A DNA stretch of 64,000 nucleotides from Candidatus Magasanikbacteria bacterium RIFCSPHIGHO2_01_FULL_41_23 (GCA_001782805.1 MFPT01000002.1:133401-197400), one strand, 5' to 3'; counted from the first letter of the stretch, positions 39,376 through 50,553 are shown. A program made the numbers and translations. The notes: generated by a model from the sequence alone, not told the origin.

Positions 39376-40356
39376 CTATTTAAGTTGATTTTTCACCAAA
39401 TCCCAATACCGCGCATCGCCTCGTTTTTCCTTCATAAACGCCCACCATTCCACGCCCCACAAATACGCGCGCGGACTGCCAATATGGCGCACATAATCCA
39501 AATGTTTTTGCAAACGCCGAGGATTCATGCTTTTTTCTTGTTCTGCTATAGCAGTATTTTCCGGATTGGAATCCGTAAACCATGGTTCGGCCTGTAATTC
39601 CGCCACGAATACTTCCGATAAATTCCGGCCATATATCTGCGCTTTCAGCCGATAAAAACTGGCCGGCAACCAATCATAATAAAAATAAAATCCGCTCGGA
39701 GTACGCACGACACGATAAATAGTTGTGCCGAATAAATCCGCAGAATTTATGGCTTGGCGCCACGTGCTTAATTCTCCACTGTCCGTTACCATTATTTTAT
39801 GATGGGGATCCAATGCTTTCACCAAAGCGATTTCTTTCGAAACCAATGATTCATCAAAATCCGCGCAATCACCAAACGCAAAACGAATAAACGGTTCATT
39901 TTCCACTTGCCAAATTTCCAAAGCCGCATGCTCCCGATAACGTTCTACGACTTGGCGCACATATTCCTGCAAAAATTTTTCTTTATCAGAAACGGTTTTA
40001 TACCAATTTGGCACGTGACATTCCGGCCAACGCGGTGTTTTTTGACCAACCACAAGCGTAACTTTAACTCCGCGCTTGCTCGCTTCATCCAGCAAAAAAT
40101 CCACATTATCAAAATTAAATTTTCCTTGTTCCGCTTCCACTTCACTCCACATCGCGGCCACACGAATATATTTTGGTTGTAAATCATCCAACATATCGCG
40201 ATAGATTTTTTTCCAATCCAAGCCCAATGACGCGGCATGATTATGATTAAAACTAAGGCCAAATTCCACCGGATATATTTTTAAACTTAAAAATAATAGA
40301 CAAGCATACCCGCTGAAAACAATGATCGCGATTACTAAAAAAATATTCCTTATCAT
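39376..40356 (-). CDS. membrane-anchored glycoside hydrolase (clan GH-A TIM barrel)
   Basis: N-terminal TM helix; WQVENEP catalytic acid/base motif typical of GH-A families. Confidence 0.55.
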   Translation of the reverse strand: MIRNIFLVIAIIVFSGYACLLFLSLKIYPVEFGLSFNHNHAASLGLDWKKIYRDMLDDLQPKYIRVAAMWSEVEAEQGKFNFDNVDFLLDEASKRGVKVTLVVGQKTPRWPECHVPNWYKTVSDKEKFLQEYVRQVVERYREHAALEIWQVENEPFIRFAFGDCADFDESLVSKEIALVKALDPHHKIMVTDSGELSTWRQAINSADLFGTTIYRVVRTPSGFYFYYDWLPASFYRLKAQIYGRNLSEVFVAELQAEPWFTDSNPENTAIAEQEKSMNPRRLQKHLDYVRHIGSPRAYLWGVEWWAFMKEKRGDARYWDLVKNQLK

Positions 40357-40358
40357 AA

Positions 40359-41261
40359 TTAAATAATTAAAACCAAACCAATAATAACCAAAACCAAAGC
40401 AGCCGTTTCGACGATGATCTCTCTTTTGGTCAGATATTCTCGCAAAAAATTTGAACGACGATGCGACAAAACAAGAATAATCACAAACATCAAAGCATAT
40501 TGCCAGCCAGCCAACGCATTCACCGCAGTCACACTACCGAGTGCAGTCGCCCATTGCAATAAAAGAATCGCAATAAGACCACATACTTTATCCAGCGCCA
40601 CCAAACCGAGCGGTTGTTTTGTTGTGGAAACTTTTGCGGATTTTTTTGCCGAGGGCAAAAATGTTTTCCAAACAGATGGTAACAATAAAAGAACCAATCC
40701 ACCCAAACCGGCCGCAAAACGCGACCCGATCAAACCGGGGATAAAAGAAAAAGTGTCGTACAGATATTTGGCCGAAACATTGGAAATTCCAAAAAAAATA
40801 CCGGCGACAATGCCAATGGCGTACCAACGCCAATGCGTTTTATTTTGGGGAGTTTTTTTAAATGATAAAAATACAGAAGCCACAATTAATAAACCAATTC
40901 CGGCCATTTGACGGATTGTCAGCGCTTCATTAAGAAAAAATCGCGCCAAAAAAAATGTTGTTACCGTAATCATGGCGCCAATAAACGGATCAATATGACT
41001 CGCTTCACTTTTGGACACGGCCACAAACATCGTATACAAACCCACAATAAACGTGAATCCGGATATTAGCGACACTAACCAAAATTTTGGATCAAAAGAA
41101 AACGGGATAAAAAACCAAGCAAGCCCAACCAACAATAAAAAAACCGTTGAGTAAAATGTATAAACAATCGGCGATTGCTTTTCATTGGTTAAAATACGTT
41201 TATCCAAAATAAAAACCACTGCGAACAGCGCGTATCCAATTAACGCAATCAGTATCCACAT
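40359..41261 (-). CDS. EamA/DMT-superfamily transporter
   Basis: 10 predicted TM helices arranged as two EamA-like halves. Confidence 0.55.
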   Translation of the reverse strand: MWILIALIGYALFAVVFILDKRILTNEKQSPIVYTFYSTVFLLLVGLAWFFIPFSFDPKFWLVSLISGFTFIVGLYTMFVAVSKSEASHIDPFIGAMITVTTFFLARFFLNEALTIRQMAGIGLLIVASVFLSFKKTPQNKTHWRWYAIGIVAGIFFGISNVSAKYLYDTFSFIPGLIGSRFAAGLGGLVLLLLPSVWKTFLPSAKKSAKVSTTKQPLGLVALDKVCGLIAILLLQWATALGSVTAVNALAGWQYALMFVIILVLSHRRSNFLREYLTKREIIVETAALVLVIIGLVLII

Positions 41262-41309
41262 AATTTTTAATCAAACTAATTTTAAATATATATCTCTATT
41301 GATTTATTT

Positions 41310-42665
41310 TTACAACAAATGCATATCTTCAATTTCGCTTTTTTTGCCGCGCAAAACAATATCCTCCACATGATAAACGCCGTTGCGCGGCGCATCCAAA
41401 AAACCTTTCATCGCCGCTTCCGCCAACCAACCGGAACGCAACCAATCAAATAACCATTCATGAGTAAACCGCGGATCCTCTTGTTCAAAAGCCGCGCCAA
41501 TGGAAAGTAGCCATGATTTATTAAATTCTTCTTGCGACCCAATGGTTGGCGCCATAATAATCGGTAAACCCAAGCCAGCATAAAAAGATAGTTCACTCGG
41601 TTTGGTCCAAAGAATATCAGTTTCCAATAACAGTTTGTTGAAAGCCGCGAAATAATCGGTTTTTTGTTCCGCGTACAGAACAGAAATATTGCCTCGATGT
41701 TTACGCTTTAGATGCAATCGTTCCACAGCGCGCGAATATTCGGCGTACACATCCGCCCGCGTTCCGGCCACTAAATTAAGTCGTACTAATCCCGCGTCAA
41801 TTTTTTGTTGCAAACTTTTGAGAATAATCATACCCAAATCACGTTGTGCGCCCGCACCACCAACCGCAAACGTAATACTAATGGGATATTCAGAATTACG
41901 ATCAGCGAATTTCGTCGGAAAAACCTGATCCAGCAAATGTTTATATTTACGCTGATAACGTCCTTCTGGATCCAGATGACGTAAGCGTCGCGCCAAACTG
42001 GTTTTTAAAATTTTTAAGGAATGTCCGCCAATATTTTCTTTGGGCAAAGGAAAACCCGTAATGTTAATTTTTTCTTCGCGTACGCCGTATTGCATCAATC
42101 GTTCTTTGACCCGACGATTGGGAACCAAATAATTAATTCTACTTTTGGACGGATATAGTGGCGCCCAAGCTCGACTCACATCCGCATCACAACATAACAA
42201 ATAAATTTCGCCTTTATAATTATGTTCTTCGGCAAAATACGCGGGAATAAAAAAAGAAGTAATCAGTGGCAATGGTTTTTGATTAAACGTATCAATCAGA
42301 TGTTTTCCCCAGCCACGTTTAATGGAGCCATAAATTGAATTTAACTGTATTGTTGATTTGGATTGATCGCGTTTGGGATAAAACGATTCAATCCTCTGAA
42401 AATAATCCATGGCTGCGAAAATTTTGTCGCCAAAAAATGGAATTGATTTAAAGCGTGAAATCATTTCATATAATTTTTGACTATCATCCCACTTTTTTTG
42501 ATCGCGTTGGGGAATCCCCACATAATGATTGGCATTTATTACTTCGTTTTCTGAATTGGCGCCCAAAATTTGCGCTGTGGCCAAATGACGCAACGGATAA
42601 ACCGCACGTTGATGACCATAACCCATATCGACGGCTACGATATACGCTTTTGTGCTGACAGGCAT
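41310..42665 (-). CDS. GT-B glycosyltransferase (GT28-like: MGDG synthase/UgtP/MurG-like)
   Basis: N-terminal IVAVDMGYGHQRA (GxGH) and C-terminal GLGLPIIMAPTIGSQEEFNKSWLLSIGAA donor-binding pattern. Confidence 0.5.
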   Translation of the reverse strand: MPVSTKAYIVAVDMGYGHQRAVYPLRHLATAQILGANSENEVINANHYVGIPQRDQKKWDDSQKLYEMISRFKSIPFFGDKIFAAMDYFQRIESFYPKRDQSKSTIQLNSIYGSIKRGWGKHLIDTFNQKPLPLITSFFIPAYFAEEHNYKGEIYLLCCDADVSRAWAPLYPSKSRINYLVPNRRVKERLMQYGVREEKINITGFPLPKENIGGHSLKILKTSLARRLRHLDPEGRYQRKYKHLLDQVFPTKFADRNSEYPISITFAVGGAGAQRDLGMIILKSLQQKIDAGLVRLNLVAGTRADVYAEYSRAVERLHLKRKHRGNISVLYAEQKTDYFAAFNKLLLETDILWTKPSELSFYAGLGLPIIMAPTIGSQEEFNKSWLLSIGAAFEQEDPRFTHEWLFDWLRSGWLAEAAMKGFLDAPRNGVYHVEDIVLRGKKSEIEDMHLL

Positions 42666-42686
42666 AAAAGTTTTGCTGAAAAAAAA

Positions 42687-43952
42687 TTAAATATCCTGCA
42701 TAATAAGATCAGCCACAGCCACTCCACTTGATAACGCGGTTTCCATTGACGGCGCGCCCAAATAATCACCGGCAAAATAATGACCATCATTCCCCTGTTT
42801 TGCCCGCGCTTCCGCTACAAAATCAGTCGTGGCAATAGGCATAGTTTGTTTCCACTGAATCGCAGCAACCAATTTGATTTTTTCAATCTGGGGAAATAAT
42901 ATTTTTAAATTTTTATTTAATTCTAAACTTAATTTGGAATTAGAAAAAGATTTGTCAGTGACTGTTTTATAATTGATAATTAGATATTCTGATTCTAATT
43001 TTGAGGCCATATTTTCGGCCCGAAACAAAGAAGTGATTTGATTTTGTTCAGGATAACACGGCGCGGTAAAAATCGCTGTCCAATTATTTTTGCCATTTAT
43101 AGGCGGAAAATCAGATACACGTACTACTGCCGCGTAAAAATGCGTATAAGAAAATGGTGGAGCTTCAATACAATTTTTATATAACGCACTAACTGAATTA
43201 GCCCAGACAATCGCGTCAAATTTTTGCATTTTCCCTTGGACAGTTATTTTTTTATCATGTACCGCTGTTACCGTAGCGTTACAATGAATCTTTCCTCCTC
43301 TAGCTTTAATCGCGGACGCAACTGTGTTGGTAAATAATTGATTATTACCGCCAAAATAGCAACCAGTCCGCAAATCTCCATGCACCAATGTTTGATAGAT
43401 AAAAGGAGCATAAAATGACATTTGAAATTGATCCAGCGCTGGATAACAGTATCCCTGATTTACACAATCAATAAACTTGGCCAGATTAGTCATTGCTCCA
43501 TTTTTTTTTGGTAAAAATTCGGCGATTGTTTTACTGCCAAAATTTTGTATATCGGGTGTACGAAAATCCGGACGATTTCTTAACCAACCGGGAACTACAC
43601 GCGTGGCAAACGCGACTTTTGCGGTCATGGACACGGGAATTTTTTTTTGACTATAGAATTTTCCGTTTGGTTCAAGCTGATAATAAATCTCCACGTTTTT
43701 TATGCACACCAATTTTTTGACCAAATCCAATTCTCTCATTATGCGATGATAATTATCATACCACGGATAAATAATAAAACCACCCACATCAACTGGATGA
43801 TCATTCACCAATATACTTTTTACTCTGCCACCAACTTCTTCTCGCGCTTCAAACACAGTCACGGCATATTTTTCATCTTTGGTTAATTCATACGCTGTAG
43901 CCAAGCCGGACAATCCCGCGCCAATAATCGCGATCTTTGGCTTAGTTCTCAT
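42687..43952 (-). CDS. FAD/NAD(P)-binding amine-oxidase/desaturase-family oxidoreductase
   Basis: Rossmann motif KIAIIGAGLSGLATAYEL...FEAREEVGGR. Confidence 0.65.
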   Translation of the reverse strand: MRTKPKIAIIGAGLSGLATAYELTKDEKYAVTVFEAREEVGGRVKSILVNDHPVDVGGFIIYPWYDNYHRIMRELDLVKKLVCIKNVEIYYQLEPNGKFYSQKKIPVSMTAKVAFATRVVPGWLRNRPDFRTPDIQNFGSKTIAEFLPKKNGAMTNLAKFIDCVNQGYCYPALDQFQMSFYAPFIYQTLVHGDLRTGCYFGGNNQLFTNTVASAIKARGGKIHCNATVTAVHDKKITVQGKMQKFDAIVWANSVSALYKNCIEAPPFSYTHFYAAVVRVSDFPPINGKNNWTAIFTAPCYPEQNQITSLFRAENMASKLESEYLIINYKTVTDKSFSNSKLSLELNKNLKILFPQIEKIKLVAAIQWKQTMPIATTDFVAEARAKQGNDGHYFAGDYLGAPSMETALSSGVAVADLIMQDI

Positions 43953-44437
43953 ACCAATTCTTCAAACTTGCCGATAATTTTATTTTTCTGGACATTATTC
44001 CAAAAAAAATATTTGCCATTCATGGCGATATATATTCCCGGTGCCAAAGCTTGAGCCAAACCAAAAGCACAGCCAATATTAAACAGAGCATCGGAATTTC
44101 CAAATCTAAACGGAAGCATTGATCCGGTCAAAACAATAGTTTTATTTTTTATTCCTCCAGCCAAAACTTGCGCGGTTTGAACCATAGTATCAGTGCCATG
44201 AGTTATAACAATTCTATCTTCGACTGCATTCTGACAATTTTCTAAAATAATTTGTCGATGCGCATCGGTCATCAAAAGGCTGTCGATGAGCATGAGCGTG
44301 GTAATTTCCACATCAGCTTCGGATCGAGCGGCTTTCAATATCTCGGGCAAATGAGTATCTTTAAAAAATAACTCGCCGGTTAATTCATTATATTCTTTAT
44401 CAAATGTTCCGCCCGTAACGAATAATCTGATTTTCAT
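43949..44437 (-). CDS. asparaginase/glutaminase-family protein (N-terminal-domain-only type)
   Basis: VTGGTFDKE and ITHGTDTM motifs; 162 aa; 4-nt overlap with the oxidoreductase. Confidence 0.55.
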   Translation of the reverse strand: MKIRLFVTGGTFDKEYNELTGELFFKDTHLPEILKAARSEADVEITTLMLIDSLLMTDAHRQIILENCQNAVEDRIVITHGTDTMVQTAQVLAGGIKNKTIVLTGSMLPFRFGNSDALFNIGCAFGLAQALAPGIYIAMNGKYFFWNNVQKNKIIGKFEELV

Positions 44438-44528
44438 ATAGTTCGACAGGCTTACTATAAAAAAGTGCCATAGTAAAAGTATACCATGGCACTTATTAAT
44501 GTCAATGTAGTGTATTTATCCAGGAAAT

Positions 44529-45827
44529 TTAACGATAGGACGACCGACGCGGCGCACCTCCGCGCGTATGTTGTGGCGTACGACTGGGATATGATCCGCG
44601 ACCAGAGTTTGCCGAATATTGCGGACGAGACTGTGACGCAAATTCTTTTTGATAAGGAATTTTTGGTAATTCGGGAATAACCGACAAATCCGGTAAAGCC
44701 AAAACTGTAATTGATTTGCGCGTGAGGCGTTCAATATTTCGCAGTTCAAATCGTTGATTTGGTTCAACAAAAGAAATTGCTTTACCCGCACTTCCGGCTC
44801 GGCCAGTACGGCCAATGCGATGGACGTAATCTTCCAAATTATCCGGCAAATCAAAATTAATGACCAATTCAATATTTTTAACATCAATTCCCCGCGCGGC
44901 GATATCAGTGGCAATCAAAACCCGGAAAATGCCGGTTTTGAAACCGTGTAACGCGGCTTTGCGTTGCGCGAGTGATCGGTTGGAATGAATTTCCGTTGAA
45001 CTATGCTTCATTTGGCGCACATTACTGGCAATTTTTTTTGCCCCATGTTTGGTACGAGAAAAAACCAAGACTGTTCCTTTGACTTGATCCAAAACCGCTT
45101 GTAATAACTTTGTTTTGCCTTCTTTAGAAATTACATAGGCGGATTGAACCACAGGCGCGGCCGCTGTGCCGGCCGGAGAAACTTCCACTCGTTGTGGAGC
45201 TTGCATAAACTTATGCGCAATTTGGACAATTTCACTCGGCATGGTCGCAGAAAATAACAATGTTTGCCGTTTTACTGGAACTAGAGACAAAATTTGTTTA
45301 ATCTGCGGCGCAAAACCAATATCAAACATTCTGTCTGCCTCATCCAAAACCACCACGCTTACCGCTGATAAAGAAACAGTTTTTTGTTTTAAATGATCAG
45401 CCAAACGACCAGGAGTAGCGACAATAATATGTGGATTGCGCCGCAATTCTTGAATCTGTTTATGCATTGACGCGCCACCAATAACCACGGCAGTTTTAAG
45501 TCCCACACTAGTACCGATTTGACGAAGCGTTTCTTCTACTTGAAGAGCCAATTCACGCGTAGGAACTAAGACAAGGCCTTGGCCTTTTACTTGTGCCAAG
45601 CGCTGAATCATCGGCAGACCAAAAGCCAATGTTTTGCCCGTTCCGGTCTGAGCAATACCTACCAAGTCTTTTCCCAAAAGCGCAATCGGAATTGCCTGCT
45701 CCTGAATGGGAGTAGGCACGGTATATTTGTGACGTATTAAAACTTCCAATAACTTGTTGGCCAAGCCTAGTGCGGCAAAGCCCGATGTATCCTTTGTGTG
45801 TTCCATAAAATATATATGACCCGACAT
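44529..45827 (-). CDS. DEAD-box ATP-dependent RNA helicase
   Basis: Q motif, AQTGTGKT, DEAD (VLDEADRM), SAT, HRIGRTGR; R/G/S-rich C-terminal tail. Confidence 0.9.
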   Translation of the reverse strand: MSGHIYFMEHTKDTSGFAALGLANKLLEVLIRHKYTVPTPIQEQAIPIALLGKDLVGIAQTGTGKTLAFGLPMIQRLAQVKGQGLVLVPTRELALQVEETLRQIGTSVGLKTAVVIGGASMHKQIQELRRNPHIIVATPGRLADHLKQKTVSLSAVSVVVLDEADRMFDIGFAPQIKQILSLVPVKRQTLLFSATMPSEIVQIAHKFMQAPQRVEVSPAGTAAAPVVQSAYVISKEGKTKLLQAVLDQVKGTVLVFSRTKHGAKKIASNVRQMKHSSTEIHSNRSLAQRKAALHGFKTGIFRVLIATDIAARGIDVKNIELVINFDLPDNLEDYVHRIGRTGRAGSAGKAISFVEPNQRFELRNIERLTRKSITVLALPDLSVIPELPKIPYQKEFASQSRPQYSANSGRGSYPSRTPQHTRGGAPRRSSYR

Positions 45828-45918
45828 TCACTGGGCCATATAATGACACAAAGATTCGAGTCTGAATGAAAAATCACTATACTAAATTAACGATAGATTG
45901 TCAAGGCGATTTGTGGAT

Positions 45919-47673
45919 TTATTTTGGAGTGGTGGTAACAATCTCCATAGCTTGACGCGCAGTAAAAGTATAAATCTGAAAAAGTTCCTCATTATTTCGA
46001 TTAAGAACAGGGTGGTAGCTTATTCCCTGATTTTGAATCTTCTTAGCCAAAACATCAGGATGCAGTCCATCAAAACGAGAATCTGGGTTACGCAATGCCG
46101 CTGGCATGGTATGAATATAATAAAAATTCATGTCCGGATCAACTCCATACAAATTGGACAATTGCGCAGACAGATTGGTCATAACCATAATAGGCCAAGC
46201 CTCATAAAAAGTCCGACGCGCCAATGACCACAAAAGAAAACGTATTTCCAGTCGTGGATCGTACAAAAGTATGACTGACGCTTTTTTACCTTCACGCGGA
46301 TGAGCTTGAGCATAGGCATTCATTTTTTTATTTAAATCTGCGCTTTTGGTAGTGGGTTTGAAAACTGACACTTTGTCTTGGAGCAGATTTTCCAATAGTT
46401 TATCCAAGGCCTGAACGCCATTATTAGGTACAATAAGCGAAGGCGCATAGGCCAGTAAGCGCGGGCCAAACGGTTTAGCCTGTCCTCCCCACAGCACACT
46501 GTTTACTGTAAACAAAAGTTCATACAAACAAAAAATTAAAAAAATAATCCAAACAATCCGAGGTTTGAATATCGCCATTAACTCATCAATAAAAACCGCG
46601 CTGATCGCGCATAAAAATGGCACGACATAAAATAAAAACCTGATAGCTGAACCAAAAGACAAAGTCATAGCCAGCAAACATCCTGTTGAAAGTAATAAAA
46701 CTTTTTGTCCCAATGGAACATATTTATTTTTAATCCAGCACTTGGCAGTCAAAAAAATCATTGAAGCCAAACCAGCCAAAGAAATAGCAAAAAAAACCGG
46801 TGAAAAAATCGAACCAAAATTGGATAATCCGGCCAGGCGATGGAGAATCGATCCCCGTTCTTCTTTGCCAGACAAAAACAACCAATCCGGTTTTATATCC
46901 TGATGCAATAAACTGGCCCATTGCAAATCAAAATGATGTCGGCTTTGGTACATCTCGATGTTATAAATAAATACCGGAGAAATGATTAGTAAAAAACCAA
47001 GTATTCCTATCCAAAAAGTTTTTTGTCGATAGATATGTTTTTCATTGATTAAAAACAAAGCATACACCGGCACCATTGCGAGTGCCACATATTTAGCAAT
47101 CACACTGAGTCCCAAACTAATCCCCCAAGCCACGAAATAACGAGGCTGTTCGCGCGCGCGCAGAAAAAAATACAAAGTGAGTAAAATAAAAAATAAAGTA
47201 ATTGATTCCATCATCGCTGTGCGAGCATAGAACACGGCCAAAGAATTAAACGCAAACAAAATCATCGCAATCAAGGCACTGCGCGCAGTAAACAATTGCC
47301 TCATAATTAAACCAAGCAATCCGACTGACAAAATACCCAGCAAAGCTGATGGCAAACGCATGACAAACACACTCACTCCAAAGACAGACAGAAACAAATG
47401 CTGAAACAAAAACACCAACGGCGGATGATCATGAAACGACAATCTTACCCACCACGGCACAGCCGTAAACCAATCATACGGCGTTGTCTGCAAATCACTG
47501 GCCAAAGAATCAATCATACCAATACTGCGCACCATATAGGCCGGCTCATCACCGGCAATTTCTCCGGAAGATAAAAAAATAAGCCGTAAACAACTGGCCA
47601 GTAAAATAATACATAACAATTGATAGCGAAAACGTATTCTGAACATAAAATATAGTGTATCACACTTGACCAA
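45919..47673 (-). CDS. GT-C family glycosyltransferase (ArnT/PMT-like, GT39/GT83-type)
   Basis: Polytopic 584-aa protein with a GDEPAY-type first-loop motif and about 12 TM helices. Confidence 0.6.
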   Translation of the reverse strand: MVKCDTLYFMFRIRFRYQLLCIILLASCLRLIFLSSGEIAGDEPAYMVRSIGMIDSLASDLQTTPYDWFTAVPWWVRLSFHDHPPLVFLFQHLFLSVFGVSVFVMRLPSALLGILSVGLLGLIMRQLFTARSALIAMILFAFNSLAVFYARTAMMESITLFFILLTLYFFLRAREQPRYFVAWGISLGLSVIAKYVALAMVPVYALFLINEKHIYRQKTFWIGILGFLLIISPVFIYNIEMYQSRHHFDLQWASLLHQDIKPDWLFLSGKEERGSILHRLAGLSNFGSIFSPVFFAISLAGLASMIFLTAKCWIKNKYVPLGQKVLLLSTGCLLAMTLSFGSAIRFLFYVVPFLCAISAVFIDELMAIFKPRIVWIIFLIFCLYELLFTVNSVLWGGQAKPFGPRLLAYAPSLIVPNNGVQALDKLLENLLQDKVSVFKPTTKSADLNKKMNAYAQAHPREGKKASVILLYDPRLEIRFLLWSLARRTFYEAWPIMVMTNLSAQLSNLYGVDPDMNFYYIHTMPAALRNPDSRFDGLHPDVLAKKIQNQGISYHPVLNRNNEELFQIYTFTARQAMEIVTTTPK

Positions 47674-47684
47674 TCTAAAACAAA

Positions 47685-47710
47685 AACCACCCCGAGTGAT
47701 CGGGATGGTT
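47685..47710 (-). terminator. rho-independent terminator after the 374-aa surface-protein gene
   Basis: aaccaccccgagtgatcgggatggtt hairpin followed by a U-run on the minus strand. Confidence 0.45.
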
Positions 47711-47755
47711 TTGGTTAATTAAAGTTAATTAAAGTTAATTAAGTGGACAAAAACT

Positions 47756-48880
47756 CTATGAAGCAGTAAAGGTTATGACGCCATTACAACTACCTCCTAA
47801 AGCAGTCCCTGCAGTACTAGGAACTATATCTAAAATCCACCAAGTAGTTGAGGGTGCTTCAGTAGTAGTAACCGTTTGCTTACCATATCTTATAGCTAAA
47901 TTTCCAGAAGTTCTAAATGCTTCAGCACTGTTTGATGAAGAAACAACTTTTGTAGTAGCTTGAGTAGTATAACTAGTAAGCGTTGATGTTGTGTAGGCTA
48001 GACTTGATACACCGATAGTTCCAACTGTACAATTAAACGGATTGCTCTGTACTTGAATTGTAGTAGAGGCATTGTTACCACTATTAATTATACGTATCGA
48101 TTGCGCCGATCCTATACTTCCGACAACACCTGATGCCGCACCATAGGCAATTGAACCAAAATCCAAAGTGGAAGAAACATTGATGGATGTCAGTGTCGCA
48201 AGTTCAAAGTTAATTGCAGTAGATGTAGCGGAACGAGCACCATTACTATCAATGGCAATTGCTTCAGCCTTCCAATTTTGGGCTGAATAAGCACCGCCAG
48301 CCGAACCAGCACCACCCGAATCAGTGGCATCAGCAAAATGCTTGATAGGGAAAGTACATCTAAAACCTACTTGAACAGTAGAGCTTGGTGTACAACCATT
48401 ATCGATAAAAATACAACGACTAGTACTGGTAATCAAGGGATCGCCATCACCCGTGTTATCATTAGAATTAATGTAGCACCTCATATCATTTTTTTCTGTG
48501 GTACTGGAAGAACAACCTAGACCAGGTACAGTGTTGTGACGATAGACATATACTTCAAGCCGACCACTGGTACTGGCAACTTCAAAACAACCATTGTTGT
48601 CACTGACTTTGCCATATACATATAACTGTGTGTAAGTCTGTTCATTGAGAGTAAGAGGGGTGGTACTAGGAGAACTGAGCAAAGTTCCCGCTCCTGAAGT
48701 ACTGGTGTTAACCGTAATACTGTCAATCGTAGGCGTGGCGTTACTGACAGTTGCAGAAAAAGTGTTATCGTCGGCTTGAGAACGCAGTGAAACAAATACA
48801 AGGAGTATAAGCACACCGGCCACTCCCAGAAAGAGAGCAACAAGATAGTGGTTATACTTAGTTTGGGGATGTTCTTGCAT
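47756..48880 (-). CDS. Ser/Thr-rich cell-surface protein with an N-terminal TM anchor
   Basis: N-terminal TM helix; low-complexity S/T/G-rich body with paired Cys; its C-terminal 300 aa are paralogous to the C-terminus of the 1254-aa protein. Confidence 0.55.
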   Translation of the reverse strand: MQEHPQTKYNHYLVALFLGVAGVLILLVFVSLRSQADDNTFSATVSNATPTIDSITVNTSTSGAGTLLSSPSTTPLTLNEQTYTQLYVYGKVSDNNGCFEVASTSGRLEVYVYRHNTVPGLGCSSSTTEKNDMRCYINSNDNTGDGDPLITSTSRCIFIDNGCTPSSTVQVGFRCTFPIKHFADATDSGGAGSAGGAYSAQNWKAEAIAIDSNGARSATSTAINFELATLTSINVSSTLDFGSIAYGAASGVVGSIGSAQSIRIINSGNNASTTIQVQSNPFNCTVGTIGVSSLAYTTSTLTSYTTQATTKVVSSSNSAEAFRTSGNLAIRYGKQTVTTTEAPSTTWWILDIVPSTAGTALGGSCNGVITFTAS

Positions 48881-48911
48881 AATCGTACATAATATGATTT
48901 AAAATAATGGA

Positions 48912-49190
48912 TTATTTTTTGTCTTTTTTTAAAACCTCTACTGATACATTTGTTGCGTCATCAGTTGTACCCTTAACAAATGCCTTGATCTTTACGGTGT
49001 CATCTGGACTTGAATCACCAGGAGTTGCCGCAGGTGCCGAGGGTAAAGGGACAGCTTTTGTTCGTGTATACCAACTTCGTGGTTTACTATTTTTTTGTGA
49101 TGTTGGTTGCGCGAGGATAATTATCCCAGCCAAGATAGAAATCCCTACCCATCCAATACCGATGGGAATAAGATATTTACTCATATACAC
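48912..49190 (-). CDS. small membrane-anchored protein (92 aa)
   Basis: One TM helix plus a Pro/Ser-rich tail. Confidence 0.35.
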   Translation of the reverse strand: MYMSKYLIPIGIGWVGISILAGIIILAQPTSQKNSKPRSWYTRTKAVPLPSAPAATPGDSSPDDTVKIKAFVKGTTDDATNVSVEVLKKDKK

Positions 49191-49315
49191 CTCCTCTCAA
49201 AATAACGGTCTGCTTATAACTCATAGAATAAAATTAAACGTATCTTTATTAAATTAATTTAATTATACATTATTTTGCTAGATATATATATATCAAAATT
49301 TTAGCTGTGGATAAA

Positions 49316-50533
49316 CTAGCTTTTTTTGTAATGATGTTTAAAATACCAAACACCAACAGCCAATATAATGATAAATACAATAATGAAAATATAGGAAACA
49401 AATCCAACTGCGGAACTAACTATGATCGTCTCCAATTTATGGGCAGTTTTTTTTATGCCATATTCAAAATAAGCGTCAAAAGTATATTCTCCTTTACTAT
49501 CGGGTCGAAATGTCAGAGTATATTCAACATTTTGCCCTTTGCCCACCGTCTTTTTTTCCGCACGCATTAAATCAATTATTTTGCCATCTTTGGTAATTTC
49601 CACATACCAAATTGGATCTAATACCACTCCGCCCGTATTGGTAAACAAACCGGTTAATTTGACCAAATCACCTGATTCGAAGGTGTTTCCATTAATTTTA
49701 AAGCTGTCAAAACTACCGGCCTGCGCCAAAGTACCGGTAGGCCAGACTTTAATAATACGATCAGTCTTTAAGGTTGAGATAACTTTGTCATCCAGATAAA
49801 ATGAAAATGAAGCACTATATTCTCCAAGTGGAAGATTTTTTGTTAAACCAGCATTGATTCGACTAAGTTCTCCTGGCAATACATATTCAAGGGAACTGCC
49901 CGAAATGGTTTCGGAAATTATATTGGCGGGATCAGTTATATCAACGAAAACAGCATCGATACGTTCTGGTTTAACATCTACATTCCCGGTATTAAGTAAA
50001 GAAAATCCAAAAATAACCGGCTTATCAATTTCGGTATCATCGGCTGAAACATTACTAATAAACATTGTTTTTATTTGTTGGTCAGTGACGGTAAATACGA
50101 CATGAGCGATCACACCAGATGTGATTGATACAGAATTTCCACTACTATTAATAACTTTATTTGGATTGGGCTGACTCATAAATTCCAACTCTGCCGTATG
50201 TTTACCATTTTGCGCATTCATTGGTTTAATATGAATGTCAATATTGGCGCGATTTTGACCAGCCGGAATAACAATGGGACTCTTGGGAAGACTAATATAG
50301 GAAGCGGCCTCACCTCTTGCTTTTATAGAGAAAAAGACATCTTCTTCGCTTGCCGTGTTGGTTAGAATTAGTGTCCGCGAGATATCAACTCCATTTGCCA
50401 GATTTTCTGCCTCAAGAGTGCCTGGAGAAATTCCAATTGCCTGAGTCATACTCGGCGCAAAAATTCCGGTCAATAAAAAACCAAAAAAAATACTGCTTAT
50501 TCCTACTCGACTTAAGAAAAAACGATCGGGCAT
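49316..50533 (-). CDS. cell-surface protein, GISP-motif family (DUF916/DUF3324-like architecture), paralog 1
   Basis: Signal peptide, AIGISPGTLEAENL immediately after the predicted cleavage site, beta-rich body, C-terminal TM plus a basic tail (KHHYKKS). Confidence 0.55.
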   Translation of the reverse strand: MPDRFFLSRVGISSIFFGFLLTGIFAPSMTQAIGISPGTLEAENLANGVDISRTLILTNTASEEDVFFSIKARGEAASYISLPKSPIVIPAGQNRANIDIHIKPMNAQNGKHTAELEFMSQPNPNKVINSSGNSVSITSGVIAHVVFTVTDQQIKTMFISNVSADDTEIDKPVIFGFSLLNTGNVDVKPERIDAVFVDITDPANIISETISGSSLEYVLPGELSRINAGLTKNLPLGEYSASFSFYLDDKVISTLKTDRIIKVWPTGTLAQAGSFDSFKINGNTFESGDLVKLTGLFTNTGGVVLDPIWYVEITKDGKIIDLMRAEKKTVGKGQNVEYTLTFRPDSKGEYTFDAYFEYGIKKTAHKLETIIVSSAVGFVSYIFIIVFIIILAVGVWYFKHHYKKS

Positions 50534-50553
50534 AAAAAAATAATTAAGTACTT

